A model generated the notes under the pieces. That model was not told where the DNA came from. It was given only the letters and a program-made list of their open reading frames with translations, and did not search any database. 64,000 bases of DNA, from positions 3,660-67,659 of the forward strand of contig JADFOP010000005.1 of the NCBI GenBank assembly GCA_022562795.1. Direction: 5' to 3'. Source of the stretch: Nitrospinota bacterium. GTDB taxonomy: Bacteria; JADFOP01. Position 1 is the first letter of the stretch; each line of letters begins with the position of its first letter. The position numbers were made by a program, and so were the translations under genes. Positions 21,802 through 31,452 of the stretch are shown here, in pieces.

Positions 21802-23481
21802 ATGGTCCAAAAACTGAACAAATACAGCTCTCGAATCACCGAGCCAAAATCCCAGGGCGCCTCCCAGGCGATGCTGTATGGCACCGGCTTGACGGAAGAG
21901 GACATGCAGAAGGCCCAGGTTGGGATTTGCAGCGTCTGGTACGAAGGCAATACCTGCAACATGCACTTGCGTGAGCTTGCGGCCAAGGTGAAAGAGGGCG
22001 TGGTTGAGGCAGGCTTCGTCGGGATGCGATTCAATACGATTGGGGTAAGCGACGGCATCTCGATGGGAACCGAAGGCATGAGCTTCTCTCTACAGTCCCG
22101 CGATCTCATCGCCGACTCCATCGAGACCGTCATGAGCGCCCAATGGTACGACGCCAATATCACCGTGGCGGGTTGCGATAAGAACATGCCCGGTTGCGTG
22201 ATTGCCATGGGGCGCTTGAACCGTCCCTCTCTCATGGTCTACGGCGGTACCATCAGGGCGGGCCACTGGAACGATAAGGTGCTCGATATCGTCTCTGCCT
22301 TCCAGAGCTACGGCGAATACCTGGCGGGCACGCTGGACGAAGAGAGCCGTAAGCAGATCGTGAAATTAAGCTGCCCGGGCCCCGGCGCCTGCGGCGGCAT
22401 GTATACGGCCAATACCATGGCCTCCGCTATCGAAGCCCTCGGCATGTCTCTGCCCTACAGCGCTTCGGCCCCGGCCGAGGCCCCTGAGAAGCTGGAGGAA
22501 TGTTTCAAGGTGGGTGCGGCGATCCGTAACCTGATGGAAAAGGACATTAAGCCGCGCGATATCATGACCCGCGAAGCGTTCGAAAACGCAATCGCGGTGA
22601 CTATGGCGCTCGGAGGCTCCACCAACGCTGTCCTCCATCTTATCGCGATGGCGAGGGCCGTGGAGGTTCCCTTAACCATAGATGACTTCCAAACGGTCAG
22701 CGACCGCGTTCCATTTCTGACGGACATAAAGCCCAGCGGCAGATACGTGATGGAAGACCTCCACAATGTCGGCGGAACGCCTGCCGTGATGAAGGCCCTC
22801 CTGGAGAAGGGGTTGCTCCACGGCGACTGCTTAACCGTGACTGGGAGGACGATCGGCGAAAACCTGAAAGACCTTCCAGGGTTCAGCGAAGGGCAGGATG
22901 TGGTTCGGCCCCTGGAGGACCCGATCAAAAAGACCGGTCACATCCAAATCCTCAGAGGCAACCTGGCCCCGGAAGGCGCGGTGGCCAAGATAACCGGCAA
23001 AGAGGGCAATATGTTCTCAGGCCCAGCCAAAGTCTACGACTCTGAAGAGGAAATGCTCGCCGCCCTGGAGAGAAACGAAATAGTCAAGGGCGACGTGCTG
23101 GTCATTCGCTTTGAAGGACCCAAGGGTGGGCCCGGAATGCCGGAGATGTTGACGCCTACCTCCGCTATCGTGGGGGCCGGGCTGGGTAAGGATGTGGCCC
23201 TGATAACAGACGGAAGATTCTCCGGTGGTTCTCACGGCTTCCTTGTGGGACACGTTACCCCGGAAGCACAGGATGGGGGACCGATCGCCCTTCTTAAAGA
23301 CGGAGACCTAATCACCATTGATGCAAAGAAAAACCGTATTGACGTCGAAGTCGACAAGAAGGAGCTTTCCGCGCGAAAGGCCCAGTGGAAGGCTCCGCCC
23401 TACAAGGCCACGCGCGGCACTCTCTACAGGTATATTAAGGACGTCAAGTCAGCTTCGGAGGGCTGTGTTACCGACGAGTAG
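21802..23481 (+). CDS. ilvD: Dihydroxy-acid dehydratase (ILV3/cyanobacterial-like type), inverted relative to its neighbours
   Basis: [54 protein letters not shown]. Confidence 0.97.
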   Translation: MVQKLNKYSSRITEPKSQGASQAMLYGTGLTEEDMQKAQVGICSVWYEGNTCNMHLRELAAKVKEGVVEAGFVGMRFNTIGVSDGISMGTEGMSFSLQSRDLIADSIETVMSAQWYDANITVAGCDKNMPGCVIAMGRLNRPSLMVYGGTIRAGHWNDKVLDIVSAFQSYGEYLAGTLDEESRKQIVKLSCPGPGACGGMYTANTMASAIEALGMSLPYSASAPAEAPEKLEECFKVGAAIRNLMEKDIKPRDIMTREAFENAIAVTMALGGSTNAVLHLIAMARAVEVPLTIDDFQTVSDRVPFLTDIKPSGRYVMEDLHNVGGTPAVMKALLEKGLLHGDCLTVTGRTIGENLKDLPGFSEGQDVVRPLEDPIKKTGHIQILRGNLAPEGAVAKITGKEGNMFSGPAKVYDSEEEMLAALERNEIVKGDVLVIRFEGPKGGPGMPEMLTPTSAIVGAGLGKDVALITDGRFSGGSHGFLVGHVTPEAQDGGPIALLKDGDLITIDAKKNRIDVEVDKKELSARKAQWKAPPYKATRGTLYRYIKDVKSASEGCVTDE

Positions 23482-23599
23482 AAGGCCAAGATCCCCCTGC
23501 TTAGCGCGCAGGGTTCTCCAGGGCCATTGGGCTACGTAACTCGCGGAATATGAATGGATTAGGTGTTACGGGGGAATGCTACCTGACGATTCTGGGCTA

Positions 23600-23824
23600 T
23601 CAATCCTCTTGTTGATATTCGCGGAGGATAATAGCCATTCGATCCTTTTTGCGGAGCTTCTCTTTTTGAAGGATTTTGCGCTCGACTTCTTGATCGGAGG
23701 TGAGGAAACGAAGCTTGTTGAACTCCTCAAGCTCCATTTCTAAGGCCTGGTGCTCTTGGAAAAGTTCGCCAAATTCCGCGTTTTTCCGAATAACACGCTC
23801 AACCAACTCCTGCTTATCGGTCAT
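23600..23824 (-). CDS. DUF465/YdcH-family coiled-coil protein
   Basis: 74 aa helical protein, EFGELFQEHQALE...LQKEKLRKKDRM; good SD; position next to tsaB. Confidence 0.75.
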   Translation of the reverse strand: MTDKQELVERVIRKNAEFGELFQEHQALEMELEEFNKLRFLTSDQEVERKILQKEKLRKKDRMAIILREYQQED

Positions 23825-23896
23825 AACCTCTACTCCTCCTCCAAAACATTGGAAAGTAGGATGACGCCCGTGACGTCCTCCCTCATGGTCACCACG

Positions 23897-24580
23897 TTAC
23901 GCCTCAGCCAGCTCCGCCTCCGAGGGCCTACCGTATATGGGCCTCAGCGCAGCCGGGTCAGCTCCGGCGCCTTGCGCCAATAGATCGGCCCCCAATCGAG
24001 CAACCCGCAGAGCGTTGGAGAAGGCAAGGTCGGTCGGTCCAAATCGGGCCCTGGCGCCCAAAGAGGCCTCCAGCTCGGCTCGATAAGCCGCCGCACCCTC
24101 ACCGACGAGCAGCAGGCTCTGATCCCCGACCTTGGAGGCCAAGCCTTCCGGTGAACGGGCGACCGGAGGCCATAGCTCCACCGGCACATCACCATCCCAC
24201 CGATAGCCTGCCACATAGACCTCTTTCTTTCGGGCGTCAACCATCGGGCAGAGGATCCCATCCACACCCGGCAATGCGTGAACGTACGCCTCAAGGGTCG
24301 GCACGCCCACGACCGGGAGACCGCGACCCTCCGCCAGCCCCTGGGCCGTCGCGATCCCAACCCGAAGCCCGGTAAAGGAGCCCGGTCCCACCGCGCACGC
24401 GAGAGCATCTAATCCCCCCAAATCCAGGCCGGCTTGAGCTAAGACAGCATCGATAGCCGAAAGAATGTGAGCGGCATTTGAGCGACCTCTGGCTATCGCC
24501 ATTGAGGCCAACCCAACACCTCGTTGGGAGACGGCTACGCTTACGACCGGAGTGGAGGAATCGAAGGCTAGTATTAACAT
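23897..24580 (-). CDS. tsaB: tRNA threonylcarbamoyladenosine biosynthesis protein TsaB
   Basis: ILAFDSST, GPGSFTGLRVG, DARKKEVY, PIYGRPSEAE; start ATG 24580. Confidence 0.95.
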   Translation of the reverse strand: MLILAFDSSTPVVSVAVSQRGVGLASMAIARGRSNAAHILSAIDAVLAQAGLDLGGLDALACAVGPGSFTGLRVGIATAQGLAEGRGLPVVGVPTLEAYVHALPGVDGILCPMVDARKKEVYVAGYRWDGDVPVELWPPVARSPEGLASKVGDQSLLLVGEGAAAYRAELEASLGARARFGPTDLAFSNALRVARLGADLLAQGAGADPAALRPIYGRPSEAELAEA

Positions 24581-24872
24581 AGCCTCTACGTGGGCTCGAC
24601 GTGATAAATAAGGCGGGGTCAACGAGCCCCGCGGATTGGACTGAAACCAGGCTCCGCCACCTTAAAGGCACTAATTCCACGGGGGCTTCCCAGTTCCTTC
24701 TTTGCCACCGCCGACGGCAACGCTCCCCGCCCAGGCCGGCCATGCCCGTATGGCGTGGGGGTTACCCGGTGGGGCGGCCAGGCAGACACGGGGGCCACGC
24801 CGGGGAGAGCTCAGCCCTCTTCCCGGCCCGGTAAATTCGCAGCTTAGGTGCGACGGGACTGCGCCCTAGCAC

Positions 24873-25238
24873 CTAAATCCCAAAGGGATTCACGAAAAGG
24901 ATAATGAGCACCACCACGAGCGTGTAAATGACCAGCGACTCAATGAGGGCGAAGCCGATAATCATAGCCACCTGAATCCTGCCCGTGGCTCCCGGGTTGC
25001 GCGCGATACCCTCCAGGGCGCTGCCCAAACCGCGCCCCATGCCTAACGAGCCCCCGAAGGCTGCAAGGCCAATCCCGATGGCGCAACTGAAAGCAGCTAC
25101 CTTGAAATAGTCAATCTTCGCTGTGGCGGAAGCCGCCACGGCCTGCTCGGCCGCCGGCTCGGCCGCTAACACCAAGGGCGCAGCAAAGGCTGCCAGCAAG
25201 GCCACAGCGAATAGTGCAAGAACCACTTTCGTCCGCAT
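24873..25238 (-). CDS. atpE: F0 ATP synthase subunit c with an N-terminal signal-like extension
   Basis: GIARNP loop and ALIESLVIY carboxylate; real start ATG 25238 after AAAGGAGGAGAG. Met at the Na+-site Gln position suggests H+ coupling (inference). Confidence 0.96.
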   Translation of the reverse strand: MRTKVVLALFAVALLAAFAAPLVLAAEPAAEQAVAASATAKIDYFKVAAFSCAIGIGLAAFGGSLGMGRGLGSALEGIARNPGATGRIQVAMIIGFALIESLVIYTLVVVLIILFVNPFGI

Positions 25239-25350
25239 AGACACTCTCCTCCTTTCATAGAACGGTTTCCACATGGAGTTTGGTCTCCCTCGGCAGCCAG
25301 GAGCGGCAAATCCCCCACTCTGGCCTGTCCGTGTTGGACCAGCTAGCCCG

Positions 25351-26031
25351 TCAGTGCTCCTCCTCCAATGCAAGGGCGATGTAAATAACCGAGAGGAGCA
25401 CGAAGACAAAAGCCTGGATGAAGCTTATAAAAATCCCTAGAAACAACATGGGCAAGGGCGCCCAGAAGATGAAGATGCTCAATCCTCCTAGGATTCCCAA
25501 GACGATAACTACGATATCGTGACCCATGATGTTGCCGAAGAGCCGAATTGAGAGGCTCATAATCCGGGCAAAGTGCCCTATGAGCTCGATGGGCATGATT
25601 AAAGGCGCCAGCCAGATTATGGGGCCCATGAAATGCTTCAAGTAGGCTACAAACCCGTGTTTTTTTATCCCAACGTAGTGATAGATGCAAAAGACCGTTA
25701 TGGCCATAGCCAAGTTCGTGTTCAAGTTGCTCGTCGGGGAGGTAAAGCCAGGTATCATCCCAATCAGATTGCTCGTGAGAATGAAGATGGCCAGGGTGCC
25801 GATTAAGAAAATATACTGCGGGCCTTCGGGCCCAATCACATCCTGCATGAAGTCCGATATCCCCTCCAGCACCAGCTCAAAGAAGTTCTGGAGAGTCGAG
25901 GGGATGAGAGTTAAGGCTCGGGTAGTGGCAAAGGAGACCGCAGCCAAGACAATCATGAGCACCCACGTGTAGGTTACATGGGGATAGGCCTCCAGGCCAG
26001 GAATTTGAATATAAAGAATTGGATGCTCCAT
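25351..26031 (-). CDS. atpB: F0 ATP synthase subunit a
   Basis: PTSNLNTN, PIELIG, LSIRLFGN, FIQAFVF; start ATG 26031. Confidence 0.96.
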   Translation of the reverse strand: MEHPILYIQIPGLEAYPHVTYTWVLMIVLAAVSFATTRALTLIPSTLQNFFELVLEGISDFMQDVIGPEGPQYIFLIGTLAIFILTSNLIGMIPGFTSPTSNLNTNLAMAITVFCIYHYVGIKKHGFVAYLKHFMGPIIWLAPLIMPIELIGHFARIMSLSIRLFGNIMGHDIVVIVLGILGGLSIFIFWAPLPMLFLGIFISFIQAFVFVLLSVIYIALALEEEH

Positions 26032-26035
26032 GCAG

Positions 26036-26434
26036 CTATCCCGCCAAGTCAACCGGCCTTGATGACCGGAGGCTATGGAGAAGGCCCGCGACGACCACAG
26101 CCAGGGTCACGACGCTTAAACCCACAAGCAAGCCGACGAGATCGACCCGAGGGCTTTTAATCAGCAACCAAAGGACCACAGCGAGAGCAAGGTAGCGGAC
26201 GGCAACACTCAAATGGGTGAGCGTTTTCATCAATCGCCTATCAGCCGTTAAAACCACTCGAAACGTGAAAAACTGTAGCCACCTGAAGTTAAGGGTCGCC
26301 AACAACCCACCCACTGCAACGCTTGCACCAGCGGCTACTCCCCCAACAACCCAACCGGCAAGCGAGAAACAAGCGGTGAGCCCCAGAGCCCACTTCTCAA
26401 TCCATCCTACAAGTAGCAGGGGTTCCTTACCCAT
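26036..26434 (-). CDS. atpI: ATP synthase subunit I (AtpI-like)
   Basis: Four-TM small protein upstream of atpB with NFRWL and VRYLAL motifs. Confidence 0.8.
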   Translation of the reverse strand: MGKEPLLLVGWIEKWALGLTACFSLAGWVVGGVAAGASVAVGGLLATLNFRWLQFFTFRVVLTADRRLMKTLTHLSVAVRYLALAVVLWLLIKSPRVDLVGLLVGLSVVTLAVVVAGLLHSLRSSRPVDLAG

Positions 26435-26691
26435 TATTCACCTTTGTTGATGTACTTTCTGGTTATACGAAATAAGTTGAGAAAACCCGCCACTATGCCG
26501 AAAATGGTAAAGACGATGACCCCCCACGGGGCGGTTCCAAACCAGCCATCCACCAGGTAATGTCCCACAAAAACCCCAAGGACGATGGACAGGGCGATGC
26601 TGAGCCCCAGGGTGAGGAGTTCGCCTAACTTGGTTATGTCCCGGAACTTGCCTCGTAGCCCCTCTCGCTCCCCCTCATGCTCTTTAGTCAC
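26434..26691 (-). CDS. atpZ: AtpZ/AtpI-family protein
   Basis: Two TM helices, GHYLVDGWFGTAPWG...GIVAGFLNLFR; first gene of the F0 cluster. Confidence 0.8.
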   Translation of the reverse strand: MTKEHEGEREGLRGKFRDITKLGELLTLGLSIALSIVLGVFVGHYLVDGWFGTAPWGVIVFTIFGIVAGFLNLFRITRKYINKGE

Positions 26692-26864
26692 GCTCTATCC
26701 CAACATCTAAACGGGGCAAAACATCTGGGAATTGGAAAACCGAGGGATTGAGGGACGTCTACTCGAGGCCCTGTTCCATACTTTCACAAACCAGACTCCT
26801 CTCTAGCATACCATAAAAATCACTGTCAAGTCTTTTTGCTCCGCTTCGCATAACAGGGGCTATC

Positions 26865-27197
26865 CTAGGGGTTATCAGCCGTGGTACAGCTCTCCTCCAC
26901 CCACTCGAGATAAGGGCGGAAGCCGCTCTCTATCGGTATGGCGAGGACTTCAGGAACCTCGTAGCTGTGGAGCTCTTCGACACATGCCATCAGGGCGGCA
27001 ATCTGCGCCACGTGGGTCTTGGCAATGAGCAGGAGCTCCTGCTCGTCGCATACCTTCCCTTCCCACCGATAGATAGAGCGCACCGGCTGGATGATGTTGA
27101 CACAGGCGGCCAAGCGTTGCTCCACCAAGGCCTTGGCGATTCGGACCGCCTCCTCCTCGGCCCCCGCGGTGATGAACACGATGCGATACGGCGTCAT
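26865..27197 (-). CDS. cutA: Divalent-cation tolerance protein CutA
   Basis: LVEQRLAACVNI, SIYRWEG, HSYEVPEVLA. Confidence 0.95.
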   Translation of the reverse strand: MTPYRIVFITAGAEEEAVRIAKALVEQRLAACVNIIQPVRSIYRWEGKVCDEQELLLIAKTHVAQIAALMACVEELHSYEVPEVLAIPIESGFRPYLEWVEESCTTADNP

Positions 27198-27407
27198 ACA
27201 TCCTCCCTACGACTAAATGCACTAAACACAATGGAGCAAACTATACCTGTCGCCACCCGGGCGGGCAGGCTCATCATCAAAAGTTCGCCCGCTTGATGCT
27301 CTCCCAGAATGTATTAGGCACCCACAAGGTAAAGAGTCTATGGTAATGTAACTTGCTCAATCGTTTGCACAGGTTTCTGAAAGTCGCGCGGCCCAAGGGC
27401 ACACCGA

Positions 27408-28325
27408 CTAGCCTTGGCTGATGATCTGATCCAGCTCCTGCGTCAGCTTGTTGATCGCAAACTCCGCCCAAAGCGGGCGGTGATCGCTGATCTCCTTTTT
27501 AGCGCCTCTCGACCCATTCTCTTTGAACAAAACCTCACCGAAGGGAACGGTGTTAAATTTCCCGGTGAAGGTGAACGAATCTCGAGGCACCCACGCTATC
27601 TTGTCGTACGTTTTTGTTCCATCGAAGTTTGTACCCAGTGAATCCATACCCTTGGGCATCTCAAAGCCTTTCGCAACCAAGGCGTCGAAGTACTCTGATT
27701 TGGGATCAGGAATGTTGAAGTCCCCCACGATAAAAAAATCCCTGTCGAATACCTTTTCTCTCTCTTTTGTCGACCGCCCATGGATGAATTCAACCAACGC
27801 CTCGATTTCGACCTTCCGGAATTTTTTACCTTTGCCCTTACCAAAGTAAATGTGGTTACTTACGATCACGAAATCGAAACGACCAGACTTGAACGAAACG
27901 CAATAGGGCATGCGATGAAGTTGAAAAGCGGTATGATCTTCTTTCGATACGACGAATCCAACTTCGCACGCCAGTCCGGTTGGTATCACTGTCCGCTTGT
28001 CGTAGAGAAAGGCAAACCGCTCATTGTTTCCCGTCGGGTCGGTCACTAGGGTTTTGTAGTTCCCTGGGAGCTTCTGCAGCAACCGGCTCAAACCAAGCAG
28101 GTTGGTCTTGACCTCTTGAAGGGCGATAATATCGAAGCGTTCGCAAATGTCAGCGATATACTGAATGGCCCGGGCGCTGTGGCGGCTTCCGAAATGCTGA
28201 ATATTCCACGTAGCGATCATGATGTTCTCGTCCACGCGGCGGCTGGGGATTGCGTACGTCCCTGTGTCCATAAGATTCATCAAGGTTTGACGCTCGCTGG
28301 CAATATGCACATTTTGATTGGCCAT
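27408..28325 (-). CDS. Endonuclease/exonuclease/phosphatase (DNase I-like) family protein
   Basis: IATWNI, IALQEV, ERFAFLYD, NHIYFG, GDFNI, SDHRPLWAEF; visibly more AT-rich than flanking genes. Confidence 0.9.
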   Translation of the reverse strand: MANQNVHIASERQTLMNLMDTGTYAIPSRRVDENIMIATWNIQHFGSRHSARAIQYIADICERFDIIALQEVKTNLLGLSRLLQKLPGNYKTLVTDPTGNNERFAFLYDKRTVIPTGLACEVGFVVSKEDHTAFQLHRMPYCVSFKSGRFDFVIVSNHIYFGKGKGKKFRKVEIEALVEFIHGRSTKEREKVFDRDFFIVGDFNIPDPKSEYFDALVAKGFEMPKGMDSLGTNFDGTKTYDKIAWVPRDSFTFTGKFNTVPFGEVLFKENGSRGAKKEISDHRPLWAEFAINKLTQELDQIISQG

Positions 28326-28541
28326 GAGTTGTCCCTCCTCAAGTCGGGGAGCCCATTAAAGCTTGACTAGGAAATGGTTTTCACCATCCTAACCGACGGT
28401 GTCGCGGGGGTCGCTCGAAGGCCTCAATGGCGTGCACTATGAAGGGTTTCGCGACACACCACGCCTTCCTCTATGGACGACCAAGGCAGACACCTGCCCT
28501 AGAACACGAGGAACGGCTCTAGCGGCGCACCCAATGAGGAC

Positions 28542-29261
28542 TCAGGCGAATTCCAGGTAGCGGATGCCATCGGGGTCGATCGCCTTTAGGGCTTGGCGCT
28601 CCTCAGCGGACGGTGGGGCTGTTGTTGCCATGGGCTCAGGCCTCGCTAACTCGAAACCGGTGGCTTCCTGGAGAGCCTCAAAGGTGACACCGGGGTGGAG
28701 GCTTTTCGGCCGCAGATCTCCTTCGTGGCGCTTGAGGACGGCCATCGGCGTGATCACCCACTCTACATTGCCACAGGCGGTAACAAAATCCAGGCTCTCG
28801 ACAAATGACTGGGTGTCGTGACGGGTTCGCCAAAGGATGGTCCTGCCTGCAGTCGGCGCCAACAGAGCGCTGCCCGCTCCCCCTGGGAGCCGAACCTTGG
28901 GATTATCAAAGGGCCCGATGACGCTCAGGTTGAAGTTTCCATGCCGGTCGATCTGGGCGCCTGAAAGAAATACGGTATCGAGTCTCCTACGGGCTGAAAG
29001 GTCAAAGAGGTCCGTTAGGGTGACGAGACAGGCAGCCCCCTCTAAGAGGGCCGGGTCTACGGTGGATTTGGGAAGCCGGGTCGGCCTGGGGTTCACGGCG
29101 CCGCCGATATTTAGATAGACGATGTCAGAGGCGTGAGTGGCCCTAGCCAGGAGGATCGCCACCAAGGGCAGGTTCGAAGCGACCCCGTGGAAAACCGTCT
29201 CTCCGTTAGAGAGAAGGCGAGCCATGGCACAGGTCATGACATCGGCCGGGTGGTCGCTCAC
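28542..29261 (-). CDS. Family I CoA-transferase beta subunit (GctB/CatJ-like), canonical Glu apparently absent
   Basis: AQIDRHGNFNLS, VRLPGGAGS, FVESLDFVT, SLHPGV match the family; YLNIGG replaces IYESG. Confidence 0.85.
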   Translation of the reverse strand: MSDHPADVMTCAMARLLSNGETVFHGVASNLPLVAILLARATHASDIVYLNIGGAVNPRPTRLPKSTVDPALLEGAACLVTLTDLFDLSARRRLDTVFLSGAQIDRHGNFNLSVIGPFDNPKVRLPGGAGSALLAPTAGRTILWRTRHDTQSFVESLDFVTACGNVEWVITPMAVLKRHEGDLRPKSLHPGVTFEALQEATGFELARPEPMATTAPPSAEERQALKAIDPDGIRYLEFA

Positions 29262-30091
29262 GATGGTCCCCCTTCGGCCAGCGCAGGCGGCTTCATAACG
29301 TGCTCCTCAAGGAAATCCCGGTACGTTGCCTCGCTCTTGGATGCCTTCACGTAAGCCGTTAAGTACGCCTCATCGACCGGATAGAGGCTCCCTAACGAGC
29401 ATGGCCACGCTCCCCTGGGCGCGTGGACTACGGCGTCCACCAGGTAGCCCGGGATAGAAGCATGGGCTCCCTCGGCTATTAGGGTCTCCGACGGCGCCAC
29501 TTCCTCGGCCGTCACAATCACTCGGTCGGCGGCGTTCGCCATGAGCAGGTCCTCAAAAAGAGAACCCCTGATTAAGGCGTTTCCTTCTCGATCGGCCAGT
29601 TCAGTGTGGATAATCGCCCAGTCAGGGGCAAGACGAGGGATAGCGACCAGCTCTTCGCCCGAATACGGGTCGTAGACGGTCTTCCACCCACGGGCCGGTA
29701 CGACATCGGAGCCGAACATGCCCGCCACGGGCAAAAAGGGCACTCCCTGAATGGATGCCCGAAGGCCCGTTATCACCGTATAGCAGGCATGCTCTTCCAC
29801 CACCAGGCGGCCTTCCTCTGCGGCCCGCCTGTAGTTGGGGGCCAAACCATATAGCGCTTCGAATCCCACATATCCAACGGCGGCGCGGTTAATGGAGCCC
29901 GCACCGGCCAGAATATCGATGTCGTAGGCCCCAGCAGTTTTCACCGCCCGCAGTTCCTGCTTGCCCTGGCGCACGAGCTCGTGGACCGCCGCTGAGGGGC
30001 CGCGATGGAATGTATTGCCGCCCAAGGCGACTGTGGCCCCATCGGGGATTTGCGCCACGGCCTCCTCCAGACTCATCACTTTATCCTTCAT
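29258..30091 (-). CDS. Family I CoA-transferase alpha subunit (GctA/CatI-like)
   Basis: KVMSLEEAV, GVPFLP, ADREGN, VDAVVHAPRGAWP; overlaps the beta subunit (ATGA). Confidence 0.88.
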   Translation of the reverse strand: MKDKVMSLEEAVAQIPDGATVALGGNTFHRGPSAAVHELVRQGKQELRAVKTAGAYDIDILAGAGSINRAAVGYVGFEALYGLAPNYRRAAEEGRLVVEEHACYTVITGLRASIQGVPFLPVAGMFGSDVVPARGWKTVYDPYSGEELVAIPRLAPDWAIIHTELADREGNALIRGSLFEDLLMANAADRVIVTAEEVAPSETLIAEGAHASIPGYLVDAVVHAPRGAWPCSLGSLYPVDEAYLTAYVKASKSEATYRDFLEEHVMKPPALAEGGPS

Positions 30092-30098
30092 TTTTCCC

Positions 30099-31079
30099 TC
30101 ACGCCTTCAGCCGAGCCAGAATCTCATCGGCGGCTGTATAGGGGTCTATCTTTCGACTGGCGATAGACGCCACCAGCTGATCCAAGGCGCCGTCGGAGAG
30201 TATCTCATCCAGGACGTATCGGGACAGAGTCTCTTCGAGAACCGCCAAGAAGTCCGTGCGGCACTTGGCCAGATGAAACCTCTCCAGCTCACCCGTGGCG
30301 ACGAAGTGTTCGTAATGTTGATCGAGGGTCTCCAACAGCTCATCGATCCCCTCGCCAGTAGTGGCCACGGTGCGGATAACAGGCGGCCTCCATTCTTCCT
30401 CGGCAAACTCCTTGAGGGCAAGGACGGATTGAACCTGTTTGAGCGCCATATCGGCTCCTTCACGGTCGGCCTTGTTGATGACGAAGCAATCGCCTATTTC
30501 CATCACACCTGCTTTCATCGCCTGGACATCATCGCCCGCCCCGGGGATGAGCATCACTATCGTCGTGTGGGCGTACTTAGCAACCTCCACCTCGTCCTGG
30601 CCTACACCGACCGTCTCAACTATAACGATCTCCTTTCCCATGGCCTCCATTACGGTTATGCTGTCCGATGTGGCCCTGGCAAGGCCCCCGAGACGTCCCC
30701 TTGTAGCCATCGACCTGATGAACACCCCTGTGTCGGTTCCGTGACGTTGCATCCTGATCCTGTCGCCTAGGATTGCGCCCCCGGTGAAAGGGCTCGTCGG
30801 GTCGACGGCGATAACACCGACCGACTGGCCCCTTGCGCGAAGAAGCTCCACAAGCTGGTCAACCAGGGTGGACTTGCCAACACCGGGAGCACCGGTGACC
30901 CCAACGATTTGGATCTTTCCTGTATGAGGGAACAAGCGACGGATGGGGTGGCGGATTTTAAGGGGCTCATTCTCGGCCATGCTTATCAAGCGCGCGGCCG
31001 CCCGAACATCACCCTCGAGAACCCGATCGGCCAGGGCGTCGGAATTATGAGGTTGATTTGGAGCCAATGGTCTCTTCAA
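30099..31079 (-). CDS. meaB: Methylmalonyl-CoA mutase-associated GTPase MeaB/ArgK
   Basis: [47 protein letters not shown]. Confidence 0.96.
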   Translation of the reverse strand: MKRPLAPNQPHNSDALADRVLEGDVRAAARLISMAENEPLKIRHPIRRLFPHTGKIQIVGVTGAPGVGKSTLVDQLVELLRARGQSVGVIAVDPTSPFTGGAILGDRIRMQRHGTDTGVFIRSMATRGRLGGLARATSDSITVMEAMGKEIVIVETVGVGQDEVEVAKYAHTTIVMLIPGAGDDVQAMKAGVMEIGDCFVINKADREGADMALKQVQSVLALKEFAEEEWRPPVIRTVATTGEGIDELLETLDQHYEHFVATGELERFHLAKCRTDFLAVLEETLSRYVLDEILSDGALDQLVASIASRKIDPYTAADEILARLKA

Positions 31080-31452
31080 GGAACTCGATGACCTCCCGGG
31101 TCGTTGTGCCAGGAGTGAAGATTGCCTTCACCCCGGCGTCCAGCAATCCCTGGATGTCCTCCTGAGGTATAATCCCTCCTCCGAAGACGATAACATCCTC
31201 CATGGACCGCTCCTTGAGAATCTCGCAGACGCGGCGGAATAGGTGGCCGTGAGCGCCGGAAAGAACGCTCAAACCTACAGCGTCAATGTCTTCTTGCTCG
31301 GCAGCTGCGACGATTTGCTCGGGGGTCTGATGGAGACCGGTGTAGATAACCTCCATGCCCGCCTCCTTGAGGGCTCGGGCGATAACCTTCGCCCCACGGT
31401 CATGACCGTCGAGACCGGGTTTCGCAATAAGGACTCGAATCCTACGCTTCAT
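31045..31452 (-). CDS. Cobalamin-binding (C-terminal) subunit of a split acyl-CoA mutase
   Basis: [14 protein letters not shown] (DxHxxG), SVLSGAH, FGGGIIP, FTPGT; start ATG 31452. Confidence 0.95.
   Translation of the reverse strand: MKRRIRVLIAKPGLDGHDRGAKVIARALKEAGMEVIYTGLHQTPEQIVAAAEQEDIDAVGLSVLSGAHGHLFRRVCEILKERSMEDVIVFGGGIIPQEDIQGLLDAGVKAIFTPGTTTREVIEFLEETIGSKSTS

Noticed and set aside
23825-23896. Short frame MREDVTGVILLSNVLEEE between tsaB and DUF465 as a possible rimI remnant
   Set aside because: Similarity is too weak to support by eye.
24630-24870. GC-rich hairpins between atpE and tsaB as a possible cobalamin riboswitch or SRP RNA
   Set aside because: Only ACTGGGAAG resembles the B12 box; other conserved elements are missing. 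More likely terminator/UTR structure.
24873-25238. Long c-subunit leader and ES motif as a sign of a Na+ ATP synthase
   Set aside because: The Na+-site Gln is Met and Thr is Leu; N-terminal extensions are common in c subunits of this type.
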